Below, one piece after another: positions 9,110-18,312 of a stretch of DNA of 64,000 bases. The notes beneath the pieces were generated by a model that saw only the letters and a list, made by a program, of their open reading frames with translations, was not told where the DNA came from and did no database searches. The DNA lies in the IMG/VR virus record IMGVR_UViG_3300037423_001065, positions 34,103 through 98,102 of that record; one strand, given 5' to 3'. The first letter of the stretch is position 1. Each line of letters opens with the position of its first letter. The position numbers and the translations under genes were made by a program. Origin of the DNA: a virus.

Positions 9110-10432
9110 ATGCCCTTCTTTCCGCCGTCCGGCGGCATCGAGCTGCCCACGTCGCTGCCGTCGCTGCCCAGCCTATCCGGCCTCACGAGCTCGCTCGCGT
9201 CGGCCGTCGGCTCGCTGACGGGCGCGCTGCCTGGCGCGCTGTCGGGAGCGTCGGGCACCCAGGCCGCCAGCTCGGCGCCTGACAGCCAGAAGGCCGGCGA
9301 GCGGCCCATTTCCTTCCTGCTGGACGACCAGTCGCTGGGCGTCGCCGAGCCGACGCCGTTCCTGGACTTGGTCATCCGGCCGGAGGAGCTGACGCGCACC
9401 GACCCGTCGCGCATCAATGTGCAGCAAACCCTGGGCGGCGCCTGGGCGGACAGCTTCGGCGCGGGCCTGCCGCAAATCACCATCAGCGGGCATACCGGCT
9501 GGCGCCGGCGCCCGTCGAGCGACCAGGACGGCGTCGACCGGTTCCTCGAGCTCAAGGACCAGGTCTTCGACCAGTGGCACCAGCGCCGCGACGCCGCAAC
9601 GCTGCGCGGCACGGACCCGAACAACGTGCGCCTGGTGTTCTCCGATGCCCTGGACGACTTCACCGTCGTCGTGGCGCCCATGAGCTTCGTCCTGCGCCGC
9701 TCGAAGTCGCGCCCGCTTCTGTGCCAGTACCAAATCGTCATGGTCGTGATCGACGGCGACCCCGGCATCGAGCGCGAGGACGACGCGGTCATGGACTCCG
9801 CGGCCGACCCCGCCATGCTCCAGGGCCTGGGCCTCACGAGCCTGACGGCATCGGTCGCCTCGATCACGGCGCAAATCGGCAACGTGCAGAAGATGGTCAA
9901 CGGCTCACTGGTCGCTCCGGTGCAGGCGTTCATGGGCCAGACCGCGCAGCTTTACGGCCAGGTGCGCGCCGCGATCACGGCCGGGAGCCAGCTCGCCGGA
10001 TCGTTGATCAGCGTCGCCCAGATGACCGCCCAGGCTGGCGTCAACATCTTTCGCAGCATCGCCGCGGTGGCGAGCATCCCGCAGATTGCGAAGGCGCAGC
10101 TCATGTCCGTGGCGAGCGCCTACTCCAACATCTCGTGCGTGCTGAATAACGCGCTGCACCAGCAAATCTACTTCCAGGACTATTCCGCCGTGTACGGGGC
10201 GAGCAACTGCTCGAGCACGTCGGGCGGCCGCCCCATCAGCTCGCTCGCCGGCGTGAACCCGTTCTACAGCGCGGTTCCGACGCCGATCGCGTTGCCGATC
10301 AACCTCACCCAGGACGCGCAGACCGCGTTCCGCACCTTCGCCAGCGCCGACAACGTCCTGGCGCCCATCTCGCCCGCCGCCTTGACCTCGGGCCTGTCCT
10401 CCATCGCCAGCGGCTTCTCGATCAGCGTATGA
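9110..10432 (+). CDS. Baseplate/tube-initiator-like structural protein (440 aa)
   Basis: Within baseplate cluster; QTLGGAWADSFG..ITISGHTG motif; function inferred. Confidence 0.55.
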   Translation: MPFFPPSGGIELPTSLPSLPSLSGLTSSLASAVGSLTGALPGALSGASGTQAASSAPDSQKAGERPISFLLDDQSLGVAEPTPFLDLVIRPEELTRTDPSRINVQQTLGGAWADSFGAGLPQITISGHTGWRRRPSSDQDGVDRFLELKDQVFDQWHQRRDAATLRGTDPNNVRLVFSDALDDFTVVVAPMSFVLRRSKSRPLLCQYQIVMVVIDGDPGIEREDDAVMDSAADPAMLQGLGLTSLTASVASITAQIGNVQKMVNGSLVAPVQAFMGQTAQLYGQVRAAITAGSQLAGSLISVAQMTAQAGVNIFRSIAAVASIPQIAKAQLMSVASAYSNISCVLNNALHQQIYFQDYSAVYGASNCSSTSGGRPISSLAGVNPFYSAVPTPIALPINLTQDAQTAFRTFASADNVLAPISPAALTSGLSSIASGFSISV

Positions 10433-11046
10433 GCCAATTCGACCGCCCGATGATCGGCTTCCGGTTCGTGACCACGGACGTGGGGGACACGCTGCAGGAA
10501 ATCGCCGCGCGCGAGCTCGGCGACGCGTCGCGCTGGACCGAAATCGTCGCGTACAACAACCTGGTGCCGCCGTTCATCACGGACGACGCCGACGAGGCCG
10601 GACCTGGCGTCATCCTGACCGGCTCGCGGATTCGCTTGCCGGCGCCGTCGACGCAGGTGTCCGCGCGCCTTTCCGCCGACCAGGCGTTCGGCACCGACAT
10701 GCGCCTCGATCGCGGCGCGCTCGCCGTGACGGACGCCGGCGACTTCGACGTGGTGTCCGGCTCCGCCAATCTCGTACAGGCGCTGAGCAACCGAGTCGTC
10801 ACCGAGCGCGGCGAGCTCGTTTTCCATCCGCGCTACGGCTGCGAGACGCGTCGCCTGGTCGGCCTGGCGAACGGCCCCACCAAGCGGCTCCTGGCCGCGC
10901 AGTCCGCGAAGGCGGCCGTGCGCCAGGACCCGCGGGTGACGCGCGTCACCAAGGCGATCGGCAGCGTCAACGGCGATGTGATTGCCGTCGGCGTCGTGGC
11001 GGAGACCGTGCTCGGCTCCGGGGTTCAAGTCGTGGCGAAACCGTAA
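10429..11046 (+). CDS. LysM-like plus gp25/W-like baseplate wedge protein (205 aa)
   Basis: GDTLQEIAARELGDASRW (LysM-like); NLVQAL...GELVFHPRYG...QDPRV (gp25-like). Confidence 0.8.
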   Translation: MSQFDRPMIGFRFVTTDVGDTLQEIAARELGDASRWTEIVAYNNLVPPFITDDADEAGPGVILTGSRIRLPAPSTQVSARLSADQAFGTDMRLDRGALAVTDAGDFDVVSGSANLVQALSNRVVTERGELVFHPRYGCETRRLVGLANGPTKRLLAAQSAKAAVRQDPRVTRVTKAIGSVNGDVIAVGVVAETVLGSGVQVVAKP

Positions 11047-11055
11047 GGGCCCAGC

Positions 11056-12237
11056 ATGGCATTCCAAATCAAGGACTTCACGTCGATCGCCGCATCCATG
11101 GTCAACTGGATGCGCACGGTCACGACCAGAATCACCGACTTCAACATCGGCAGCGTGGCGCGCACCCTGGTCGAGGCCGCGGCCGCGGAGATTGACGAGC
11201 TCTACCAGCAAATGTTCATCGGGCTGCGCGAGGCCATCCCGGTGAGCGTCTACAACTCGTTCAACTTCCAGGCGCTCGATGCCCTGTCGGCGAGCGGCCT
11301 GGTGACGGTCAACATCGCCGCCCAGGCCAGTGACGTGCTGATCGTGGCCGGAACCCAGTTCAAGGTCGAGGGCAAGTCGGCGCCGTACACGTCCACCGCG
11401 GACGTGACGATCGTCGCCGGGCACACCTTCGGCAACGTGCCGGTGAGCTGCGACGTGCCTGGCGTCGCCGGCAACGTCGTGGCCGGTACCGCGTTCGTGC
11501 CGAACCCGAAACCGGACGGCTTCGTAGGCGCCAGCAACCAGGCCGGGCTCGTCAGCGGCCGCGACGCCGAGACCGACGAGGAGCGCAAGATTCGCTTCGC
11601 CGCCTTCATCGCCTCGCTGAACCGCGGAACCCTGGTGGCGATCGACTACGGCCTCAAGACGACCACGATCAAGGACTCCGTCGGCAACGAGGTGGAGCGC
11701 GTCGTCTACACGCAACTCGTGGAGCCCTACCTCACCGACGCGACGAAACCGATCGCCTGGGTGCAGTGCTACGTGCACAACGGCACCGGCGGCACCTCCG
11801 ATGCGCTGGTGGCGCAGGGCAGCGCGGTGCTGCACGGCTACTACGATGCCGCCGGCAACGCCGTGCCGGGCTGGAAGGCCGCGGGCGTCAAGGTGGACGT
11901 GATCAAGGCCGCGGAGCAGCGCGTGACCGTCGCCGGCGCCATCACGCCGGCGCCAGGCTTCGCGCACGACGCCCTGGCGACGACGGCGGCGGCCGCGGTC
12001 TCGGACTACCTGGCCGGCCTGAACATCGGCGTGCCGGCGATCCGCTCGGAAATCATCGCCCTGGTCATGGGCATCCCGGGCGTTTACAACTTCGCCCCGC
12101 TCCTGCCGGCCGGCGACGTGACGCCGGCGATCGGCACCAAGCTGATGCCCGGCACCGTCGGATTCAACACCCTGGTGCTCACGCCGCCGGCGGCCGCCGT
12201 GACCCTGGGCGGCAACCTCGCGACGCGCACGCCCTAA
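11056..12237 (+). CDS. Baseplate J-like protein (393 aa)
   Basis: TDFNIGSVARTLVEA; GVAGNV; GRDAETDEERKIR motifs. Confidence 0.9.
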   Translation: MAFQIKDFTSIAASMVNWMRTVTTRITDFNIGSVARTLVEAAAAEIDELYQQMFIGLREAIPVSVYNSFNFQALDALSASGLVTVNIAAQASDVLIVAGTQFKVEGKSAPYTSTADVTIVAGHTFGNVPVSCDVPGVAGNVVAGTAFVPNPKPDGFVGASNQAGLVSGRDAETDEERKIRFAAFIASLNRGTLVAIDYGLKTTTIKDSVGNEVERVVYTQLVEPYLTDATKPIAWVQCYVHNGTGGTSDALVAQGSAVLHGYYDAAGNAVPGWKAAGVKVDVIKAAEQRVTVAGAITPAPGFAHDALATTAAAAVSDYLAGLNIGVPAIRSEIIALVMGIPGVYNFAPLLPAGDVTPAIGTKLMPGTVGFNTLVLTPPAAAVTLGGNLATRTP

Positions 12238-12240
12238 GCC

Positions 12241-13344
12241 ATGCGCCTGACCCAGAAGCTCCTCAACTACCTGAACCGGGTATTCGACAAGGACCCGGTG
12301 CAGTTCCTGGCGCTGCGCCTGTCTTATGACGGCGCCATGAGCTGGCGCGTGAACGACGCCGTCCTCACGACGACCGTGACGGGTGGCAGCGGCCAGGCGC
12401 TGCAGGTGGACCTATCCGGGTACAGCGTCTCGGACCTGGCGACGTTCCTCGCCGCGCAACCTGGCTACTCGGTGCCGTACGTGGACTCCAGCGAGCTCTC
12501 GCGCCTGTCCGCGCGCGTGCTCCTGGATGGCGGCGCCGACATTGGCACGTCCAACGGCGACCACCTGTACGGTTACACCAGCGTGCTCTGGTCGTACCTC
12601 GAGGCGGTCGCGAACGAGCTCACTATCGCGAAGCAGCAAATCGCCCAGGCGCTGCGCCAAATGAGCACGCGCACCGCCGAGGGCGCATGGCTGGACGAGC
12701 TGGGCAGCTATTACGGCGTTCCGCGCCTGGACGGCGAACTGGACGCCAGCTACGGCCCGCGCATCATCGCCGAGGTGCTGCGGCCGCGCGAGAACAATGT
12801 CGCCATCGAGGAGGCGATCCGGGTGTTCACCGGCCAGGACACCACGGTTACCGACGTGACGGCCTTCGCCGGGTCGTTCCCGTCGCATAACGGGCTCATC
12901 ACTCATAACGGAACGTACAACTACAGCTCGGTGGACGTGCCGGCGTACGGCCTGTTCGATGTGGCCTACGGCTACGATCTGATCAACGGCGGCAGCTTCG
13001 CCGAGTTTCAGCAGGTCATCACGGACCTGATCGGGCGGCTTCGCTCGGCCGGCACGCACCTGCGCGCCCTGAGCCTGGTCGGCAGCAAGATCGGCGACGA
13101 CTTCCAGTTCGCGCCAGCCGACGCCACGTCCATGAGCGTGCACGCCGCCCTGGCGGACGCCGCGGACGCGCCGGTCGAGGCCACGACCATGGCCGTGCGC
13201 CTGGCGCCGCTCGAGGACCTGGGCGTGCAGGGCTGGGACGAGGCCGGCGTCGCGATCGCCTACGCGACGACGTACAACGGGCTGCGCAAGCACGACGGCG
13301 TCGCCCGGTACAACAGCGGCTCCGTGGAGCTCGAGGCGCTATAG
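12241..13344 (+). CDS. Baseplate wedge (gpI-like) protein (367 aa)
   Basis: TAEGAWLDELGSYYGVPRLDGELDASY motif; follows J. Confidence 0.75.
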   Translation: MRLTQKLLNYLNRVFDKDPVQFLALRLSYDGAMSWRVNDAVLTTTVTGGSGQALQVDLSGYSVSDLATFLAAQPGYSVPYVDSSELSRLSARVLLDGGADIGTSNGDHLYGYTSVLWSYLEAVANELTIAKQQIAQALRQMSTRTAEGAWLDELGSYYGVPRLDGELDASYGPRIIAEVLRPRENNVAIEEAIRVFTGQDTTVTDVTAFAGSFPSHNGLITHNGTYNYSSVDVPAYGLFDVAYGYDLINGGSFAEFQQVITDLIGRLRSAGTHLRALSLVGSKIGDDFQFAPADATSMSVHAALADAADAPVEATTMAVRLAPLEDLGVQGWDEAGVAIAYATTYNGLRKHDGVARYNSGSVELEAL

Positions 13345-13345
13345 G

Positions 13346-13361
13346 GTCGTGACACCAGAAT
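13346..13361 (+). promoter_or_regulatory. Late-promoter motif before fibre genes
   Basis: GTCGTGAC-ac-CAGAAT, intergenic. Confidence 0.7.
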
Positions 13362-13385
13362 GCCCTGGCAGACAGGAGCACCCTG

Positions 13386-13880
13386 GTGAAATTCTTCGAC
13401 CGCTTCAAGAAGGGCCCCGAGGGCCATCTCGTGCTGAACGTGTTCCGGCACGGAAAGCTGATCGACCAGATGGACGAGCGCGATCGCATCATCGTCCCGC
13501 CGACCCTCATCGAGCGATTCAAGGGCAAGAACCTGATCGTGGACAGCTCCAAGCTGATTCACGCCAAGCTCCTCGGCGGCGACGTGGCGAACCGCAGCGT
13601 CTCCAAGTTCGGCGTGGGCACCAACGGCGCGGCGCCCGCCGGCGGCAACACTGCGCTGACGGCCGCCTACACCAAGGCCGTCGACGCCGTGAGCTACCCG
13701 GCCGTCAACCAGGTCGCGTTCGACTTCTCGCTCGCGACCGGCGAGGCCAACGGCAAGGCCATCCTCGAGTTCGGCCTGTTCACCACGGGTGACGTGCTGT
13801 ACGCGCGCAAGATTCGCGCGACCCCGCTGAACAAGGAAGCCGACATTTCGTTCGCCGGCACCTGGACCATCAGCTTCTAG
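13386..13880 (+). CDS. Tail fibre attachment/baseplate-associated protein (164 aa)
   Basis: AGGAG RBS plus GTG; KNLIV...FGVGT...EANGKAILEFGL pattern. Confidence 0.7.
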   Translation: MKFFDRFKKGPEGHLVLNVFRHGKLIDQMDERDRIIVPPTLIERFKGKNLIVDSSKLIHAKLLGGDVANRSVSKFGVGTNGAAPAGGNTALTAAYTKAVDAVSYPAVNQVAFDFSLATGEANGKAILEFGLFTTGDVLYARKIRATPLNKEADISFAGTWTISF

Positions 13881-13891
13881 GAACCCCACTC

Positions 13892-16105
13892 ATGGCCTAC
13901 CAACCGGAATCCGCCGTCTACGATGCGGGCGTCATCCAGCTCGAGACGAATACGCCCGTGCAGGGCGGTGTGGGCGGCGCATCGAACGCGCCCCTCCTGA
14001 ACCTGGCGAACCGCACCGCCTACCTCAAGGCCCACCTGGATGCCCTCGAGGTCGGCGCCGCTGGCCTGGCGCCGATCAACAGCCCGGCCTTCACCGGCAA
14101 CGCGACCACGGTCGACGTGGCGATGGGCAACCGCTCGCAGAAGATCGCCAACACGAATTTCGTGCAGGACACCGTCAGCGGCATCGCCAACATCAACTGC
14201 GCCGGCAATTCGAACATCGTCCTCACGGCGGTGCAGGCCGGCGTCGGCATCCTGAACCTGACCGGCGCGCTCACCGGCAACATCGCCGTCATCGTGCCCG
14301 GCGCCATCCCCAAGTCGTGGATCGTCGTCAACGGCACGACCGGCTCGACGGGCGGCAACCCGTACACCGTCACCGTCAAGACCGCCGGCGGCGCCGGCGT
14401 CGCCGTGACCCAGGGCAAGAGCAGCCTGGTGTGGTCTGACACCGTCAACGTCTACGATTCGAAAACCGACTTCGCGGCGATCGACCTCAAGAACGCCACG
14501 GCCAACACCCAGGCCCCGGGCGACGCCACGGCCAAGCTGGCGACCGACGCCTTCGTGCAGGCCGCCATCTCGGGCATCGCCACGGTCAACGTGGCCGGCA
14601 ACACGAACGTCGCGCTCAACCAGTCGCAGTGGGGCGCCGGCATCATCGTGCTCACCGGCGCGCTGACGGGCAACATCGCCGTCACCGTGCCTGCGGCCGC
14701 CGATCGCTGGATCGTCTCGAACCAGACCAGCGGCAACTTCACGCTGACGTTCAAGACCACCGCCGGCGCCGGCATCGTGGTGCCGGCCGGCTCGTCGTAC
14801 GAGCTGTGGTGCGACACGGTCGACGTGAAGCCGATCACGGCGCCGACGGATGCCACCTACCCCGTGGTGCGCAAGCCTGTCATCCAGTCGCCGACGGCCG
14901 CGCAGGTGCTCGCGACGCAGTCGCCGCAGGTTCTCGGCAACAGCTACTTCTCGCTGTACGGCGTTCCGCAGCTCGCCGCGCAATTCCAGGTCTCGAGCTC
15001 GCCGACGTTCGTCGTCACGGACGTGGACGTGACTGTGGGTCCCCAGAACTACGCCCAGGTCCCCGCCGGCGCGCTGCTGTCGAACACGGTCTACTACACG
15101 CGCTGCCGCTACCAGGACCTCGAGCAGTCCTGGTCGCCGTGGTCCGACACGGTGTCCTTCACCACGGGCAGCAACACGATCACGCAACCGGCGATCACGG
15201 CGCCGGCGAACGGCGCGACGAACATCGGCGATGGCGTTACGCTGACGGCGAACGCGTTCGCGATGACCAGCGGCGTCGACACGCACGCGAGTTCCGACTG
15301 GGAAATCTGGACCGGCGCCGGCGGCACCGGCTCCCTGGTGTACTCGTCGTACGCCGACTCGGTCAACAAGCTCTCCATCGCGGTGCCGGCCGGCACCTTC
15401 GCGGTCAGCACGGTGTACCACCCGCGCGTGCGCTACAACAGCAACGGCGGCGGCACCTCGGCCTGGTCGAACGACGTGCAGTTCACGACGGCGAACAGCT
15501 TCGGCACCGTCCTGGCGCCAGGCGGCGCGTACGGCGGAGGCTACTTCGCCGGCTACATCACGCTGAGCGGCCAGCGCTACGCGCTCATCGTTTCGGACGT
15601 GTCCGGCTCCATTCGCAACGGCGACCTGGTCGGGAACAACGGCATCGCGACCTCGACCTCCGACGGCAAAGCCAACACCGCGGCCTACATCGCGGCCGGG
15701 CACTACAGCGGCGGCAACGACGCCGTCAACTTCGTCAAGAACTACCGCGGCGGCGGCTACAGCGACTGGTACCTGCCGTCGCTGTACGAGGCGGAAATCC
15801 TGTATCGCAACCTCAAGCCGACCACGGACGCGAACAACACCGCGTTCGGCGCCAACGCCTTCGCATCGCCGGCGCCCACCGGCAACTACCTGGCGAACAA
15901 CCCAGCCCAGACGACGGCCGCCAACTTCCAGTACCCGGCGGGGGCCGACAACCTCTGGGACAACAACGACAGCATGGGGTGCCTCACCTACGTGGGTGGC
16001 GGCAACAACTCGGCGTACCTGATCAAGCGTCGCGACGGCACCCAGCAGACGCACGGCCCCGGCAACAACATGAACTACCGGGCCATCCGCCGCATTCCGG
16101 CCTAA
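13892..16105 (+). CDS. Tail fibre/receptor-binding protein (737 aa): duplicated shaft module, two FN3-like repeats, C-terminal DUF1566/lectin-like domain
   Basis: LANRTAYLK N-terminus; repeated LTGALTGNIAV; W-S-x-x-V-x-FTT twice; GGYSDWYLPSLYE...RAIRRI. Confidence 0.85.
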   Translation: MAYQPESAVYDAGVIQLETNTPVQGGVGGASNAPLLNLANRTAYLKAHLDALEVGAAGLAPINSPAFTGNATTVDVAMGNRSQKIANTNFVQDTVSGIANINCAGNSNIVLTAVQAGVGILNLTGALTGNIAVIVPGAIPKSWIVVNGTTGSTGGNPYTVTVKTAGGAGVAVTQGKSSLVWSDTVNVYDSKTDFAAIDLKNATANTQAPGDATAKLATDAFVQAAISGIATVNVAGNTNVALNQSQWGAGIIVLTGALTGNIAVTVPAAADRWIVSNQTSGNFTLTFKTTAGAGIVVPAGSSYELWCDTVDVKPITAPTDATYPVVRKPVIQSPTAAQVLATQSPQVLGNSYFSLYGVPQLAAQFQVSSSPTFVVTDVDVTVGPQNYAQVPAGALLSNTVYYTRCRYQDLEQSWSPWSDTVSFTTGSNTITQPAITAPANGATNIGDGVTLTANAFAMTSGVDTHASSDWEIWTGAGGTGSLVYSSYADSVNKLSIAVPAGTFAVSTVYHPRVRYNSNGGGTSAWSNDVQFTTANSFGTVLAPGGAYGGGYFAGYITLSGQRYALIVSDVSGSIRNGDLVGNNGIATSTSDGKANTAAYIAAGHYSGGNDAVNFVKNYRGGGYSDWYLPSLYEAEILYRNLKPTTDANNTAFGANAFASPAPTGNYLANNPAQTTAANFQYPAGADNLWDNNDSMGCLTYVGGGNNSAYLIKRRDGTQQTHGPGNNMNYRAIRRIPA

Positions 16106-16123
16106 GCCTGACAACCTGACACG

Positions 16124-16148
16124 AAACCCGGCCGCGGCCGGGTTTTTT
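16124..16148 (+). terminator. Intrinsic terminator ending the tail operon
   Basis: AAACCCGGC-cgcg-GCCGGGTTTTTT. Confidence 0.85.
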
Positions 16149-16151
16149 CAT

Positions 16152-16167
16152 GTCGTGACCGAACAAT
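16152..16167 (+). promoter_or_regulatory. Late-promoter motif for lysis cassette
   Basis: GTCGTGAC-cg-AACAAT immediately after terminator. Confidence 0.75.
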
Positions 16168-16196
16168 GCTGACACCGTCACGCGTCGGAGTCCTAC

Positions 16197-16517
16197 ATGA
16201 AGCACCTCGAATCCTGGTTGAAGCGCGTCAAGGTCTTTTCCGACCTCTCGGCGTGGTTCCTCATCGCGCCGGCGTTCGCCGCGCTGTGGTTCATGGACCC
16301 GCCCACCGCGAAGGCCCTGCTCCAGTGGAGCCTGTTCGGCATCGTCATGGCCGGCGTGGCCGTCATGGTGAGCCGCCTGGTGTTCCCCGACCTGCACCTG
16401 AACGACTTCATCAAGCGCGCCTATAACGGTGGCATCGCCTCGGCGATCGTCTCGGCCGCGGTGATCCTGTTCGTCGGCCTGGTGTTCTTCGGCCTGGTGT
16501 ACTGGGCGAAACCGTGA
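16197..16517 (+). CDS. Putative holin (106 aa, about 3 TM segments)
   Basis: Hydrophobic segments; first gene of lysis cassette. Confidence 0.7.
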   Translation: MKHLESWLKRVKVFSDLSAWFLIAPAFAALWFMDPPTAKALLQWSLFGIVMAGVAVMVSRLVFPDLHLNDFIKRAYNGGIASAIVSAAVILFVGLVFFGLVYWAKP

Positions 16518-17215
16518 CGCGAGTCGTCGCGCTGCTGCTCGCGCTCGCCAGCCTGGCCGCCTTCGGCCAGGTCGTTCCGCCGCGCGCGCTCGAGCTCATG
16601 CCGACGATCATCAACACGCAGCGCTCGGTGTGGCCGGACGCGCCCATGCCGTCGTTCCTGCCGGCGCAAATCGAGCAAGAGACGTGCCCCTCGCTCAAGA
16701 GCCCGAAGTGCTTCAACCCGCGCGCCGAGCTCAAGACCTCGCGCGAGTACGGCTTCGGCCTGGGCCAGACGACGATCGCGTATCGCCAGGACGGCAGCGT
16801 GCGCTTCAACAAGTGGGCCGAGCTGCGCACGCGATACCCGAGCCTGCGAGGCTGGACCTGGGAGGACCGCTACAACCCCGGATTCCAGCTCGCCGCGCTC
16901 ATGGAAATGGACAAGGCGAGCTACCGGCTCTACCCCTTCGCTGCGACGCCGCGTGACCGCCTGGCGTTCACCCTGGGCGGCTACAACGGCGGCGATCGCG
17001 GCAACATGCAGGACCGTCTCCTGTGCCAGAGCACACCTGGCTGCGACTCCAATCGCTGGTTCGACAACGTCGAGCGCTACAGCCTCAAGTCAAAGATCGC
17101 GAACCCCGGCTATGGCAAGTCGGCGTTCGAAATCAATCGTGAGTACCCGAGGAATGTTCTGGGAATCCGGCGTCCGAAGTACGACCCTTTTTTCCGGACA
17201 GAAGGACCTCAGTGA
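16514..17215 (+). CDS. Endolysin, lytic transglycosylase type with N-terminal signal sequence (233 aa)
   Basis: AQIEQET, GFGLGQ and GGYNGG motifs; hydrophobic N-terminus. Confidence 0.85.
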   Translation: MTRVVALLLALASLAAFGQVVPPRALELMPTIINTQRSVWPDAPMPSFLPAQIEQETCPSLKSPKCFNPRAELKTSREYGFGLGQTTIAYRQDGSVRFNKWAELRTRYPSLRGWTWEDRYNPGFQLAALMEMDKASYRLYPFAATPRDRLAFTLGGYNGGDRGNMQDRLLCQSTPGCDSNRWFDNVERYSLKSKIANPGYGKSAFEINREYPRNVLGIRRPKYDPFFRTEGPQ

Positions 17216-17216
17216 A

Positions 17217-17516
17217 ATGGACCAACCCATCAGCCCCTGGGTGCTCATCGGCTTCAACGTACTGCTCGGCGTAGCATCGTTTTTCGGGGCGATGTGGCTG
17301 CGCAAGATGGAGAGCGACATGAACGACTTGCGGAAGGCGCACACCGATTCACTCGCGCAGCAGAACCAGCGCGAGGTCCAGCTCCTGGAGAAGCTACAGA
17401 ACTACGTCGCGAAGGACGACTTTCGCGAGTTTCGCGACGAGAACCGGCGCAACTTCGAGGCGGTGTTCAACCGCATCGACGCGCTGGCCGATCGGCTACC
17501 CGTCAAGAGCACCTGA
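17217..17516 (+). CDS. Single-TM coiled-coil lysis-cassette protein (99 aa)
   Basis: ATG 17217; one TM then coiled coil; between endolysin and spanins. Confidence 0.7.
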   Translation: MDQPISPWVLIGFNVLLGVASFFGAMWLRKMESDMNDLRKAHTDSLAQQNQREVQLLEKLQNYVAKDDFREFRDENRRNFEAVFNRIDALADRLPVKST

Positions 17517-17518
17517 TC

Positions 17519-17884
17519 ATGCTCCCCATCCCCGGAACCTTCACTCTCCAGGCGACGCTAATCGCCGGCGCCGTCGCTCTCGTGGTCGGCCTGGCGGGCG
17601 GCGGCTATGCCATGCACGCCTGGTACGCGCCCCAGCTCGAGGCCGAGAAGTCGAAGGTCCAGAGCCTGGGCGAGAAGATCAAGGACCAGAACGACGCGAT
17701 CGCCGCGCTGCAGGACGCCGACAAGAAGCGCGCCGCCGATGCGGCCGCGAAGATCAAGGCGGCGCGCAACGCCCAGGCCGCGGCCGAGGCCGACGCGCAG
17801 AACCTTCTGATGGCGCAACCGCTCGCCGGCGAGGACCGCTGCACGGCCGCCAGCCGCTTGATCCGCGAGGAGCTGCCCAAATGA
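17519..17884 (+). CDS. Inner-membrane spanin (Rz-like, 121 aa)
   Basis: N-terminal TM, Ala-rich coiled coil, C-terminal Cys. Confidence 0.8.
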   Translation: MLPIPGTFTLQATLIAGAVALVVGLAGGGYAMHAWYAPQLEAEKSKVQSLGEKIKDQNDAIAALQDADKKRAADAAAKIKAARNAQAAAEADAQNLLMAQPLAGEDRCTAASRLIREELPK

Positions 17885-18144
17885 TGCGTGCGCTGTCGAT
17901 CGCCTGCCTGGCGGCCTTCCTGGCCGCCTGCAACACCCTGCCGCGCGAGGTGAAAGTCCCCGTGACGGTCTACTGCAAGGTCGAGAAGCCGGCCGAGCCC
18001 GCCTGGGCGACGAAATCGCTCAAGCCGGACGCCGACATATTCGACCAGGTCAAGGCCCTGCTGGCCGAGCGCAAGCAGCGCATCGGGTACGAGCGCCTGC
18101 TCGAGGCCGCGGTCGACGGGTGCCAGCCGCCGGCCGGCCGCTAG
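17881..18144 (+). CDS. Outer-membrane spanin lipoprotein (Rz1-like, 87 aa)
   Basis: Lipobox LAAC; Pro-rich; follows i-spanin. Confidence 0.85.
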   Translation: MMRALSIACLAAFLAACNTLPREVKVPVTVYCKVEKPAEPAWATKSLKPDADIFDQVKALLAERKQRIGYERLLEAAVDGCQPPAGR

Positions 18145-18290
18145 GCGAAAATCCGCTGCGCCTTGTCGGCGAGCTCTTGCTGGCGCAGCATGATGCGCGG
18201 CACGTCCGGGTGTAGCGGGTCGATTTCCGACATGGCCCAGCGGTAGAACGCCTGGGCGACCATGACGTGGATGAGGCTGAGAATCTTCAC
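18141..18290 (-). CDS. 49-aa hypothetical protein absent from the ORF track (MKILSLIHV...AQRIFA)
   Basis: GTG 18290 to TAG 18141; fills the gap exactly; preceded by late-promoter motif at leaderless spacing. Confidence 0.7.
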   Translation of the reverse strand: MKILSLIHVMVAQAFYRWAMSEIDPLHPDVPRIMLRQQELADKAQRIFA

Positions 18291-18296
18291 GTTACA

Positions 18297-18312
18297 ACCT
18301 TAGCGTCACGAG
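18297..18312 (-). promoter_or_regulatory. Late-promoter motif variant; leaderless start at 18290
   Basis: CTCGTGAC-gc-TAAGGT-6 nt-GTG on minus strand. Confidence 0.65.

Noticed and set aside
1034-16105. Tailocin or extracellular contractile injection system
   Set aside because: Terminase, portal and replication genes show a complete DNA-packaging phage
3518-16114. Long antisense or alternate-frame ORFs (e.g. 3518-5488, 10264-11967, 13877-16114; likewise 21043-23307 and 54031-56214)
   Set aside because: Shadow ORFs of high-GC coding DNA; Arg/Ala/Gly-rich, no motifs, and they overlap well-supported genes
15500-16200. Diversity-generating retroelement
   Set aside because: No reverse transcriptase, template repeat or Avd gene seen in the window; the downstream hairpin is an ordinary terminator
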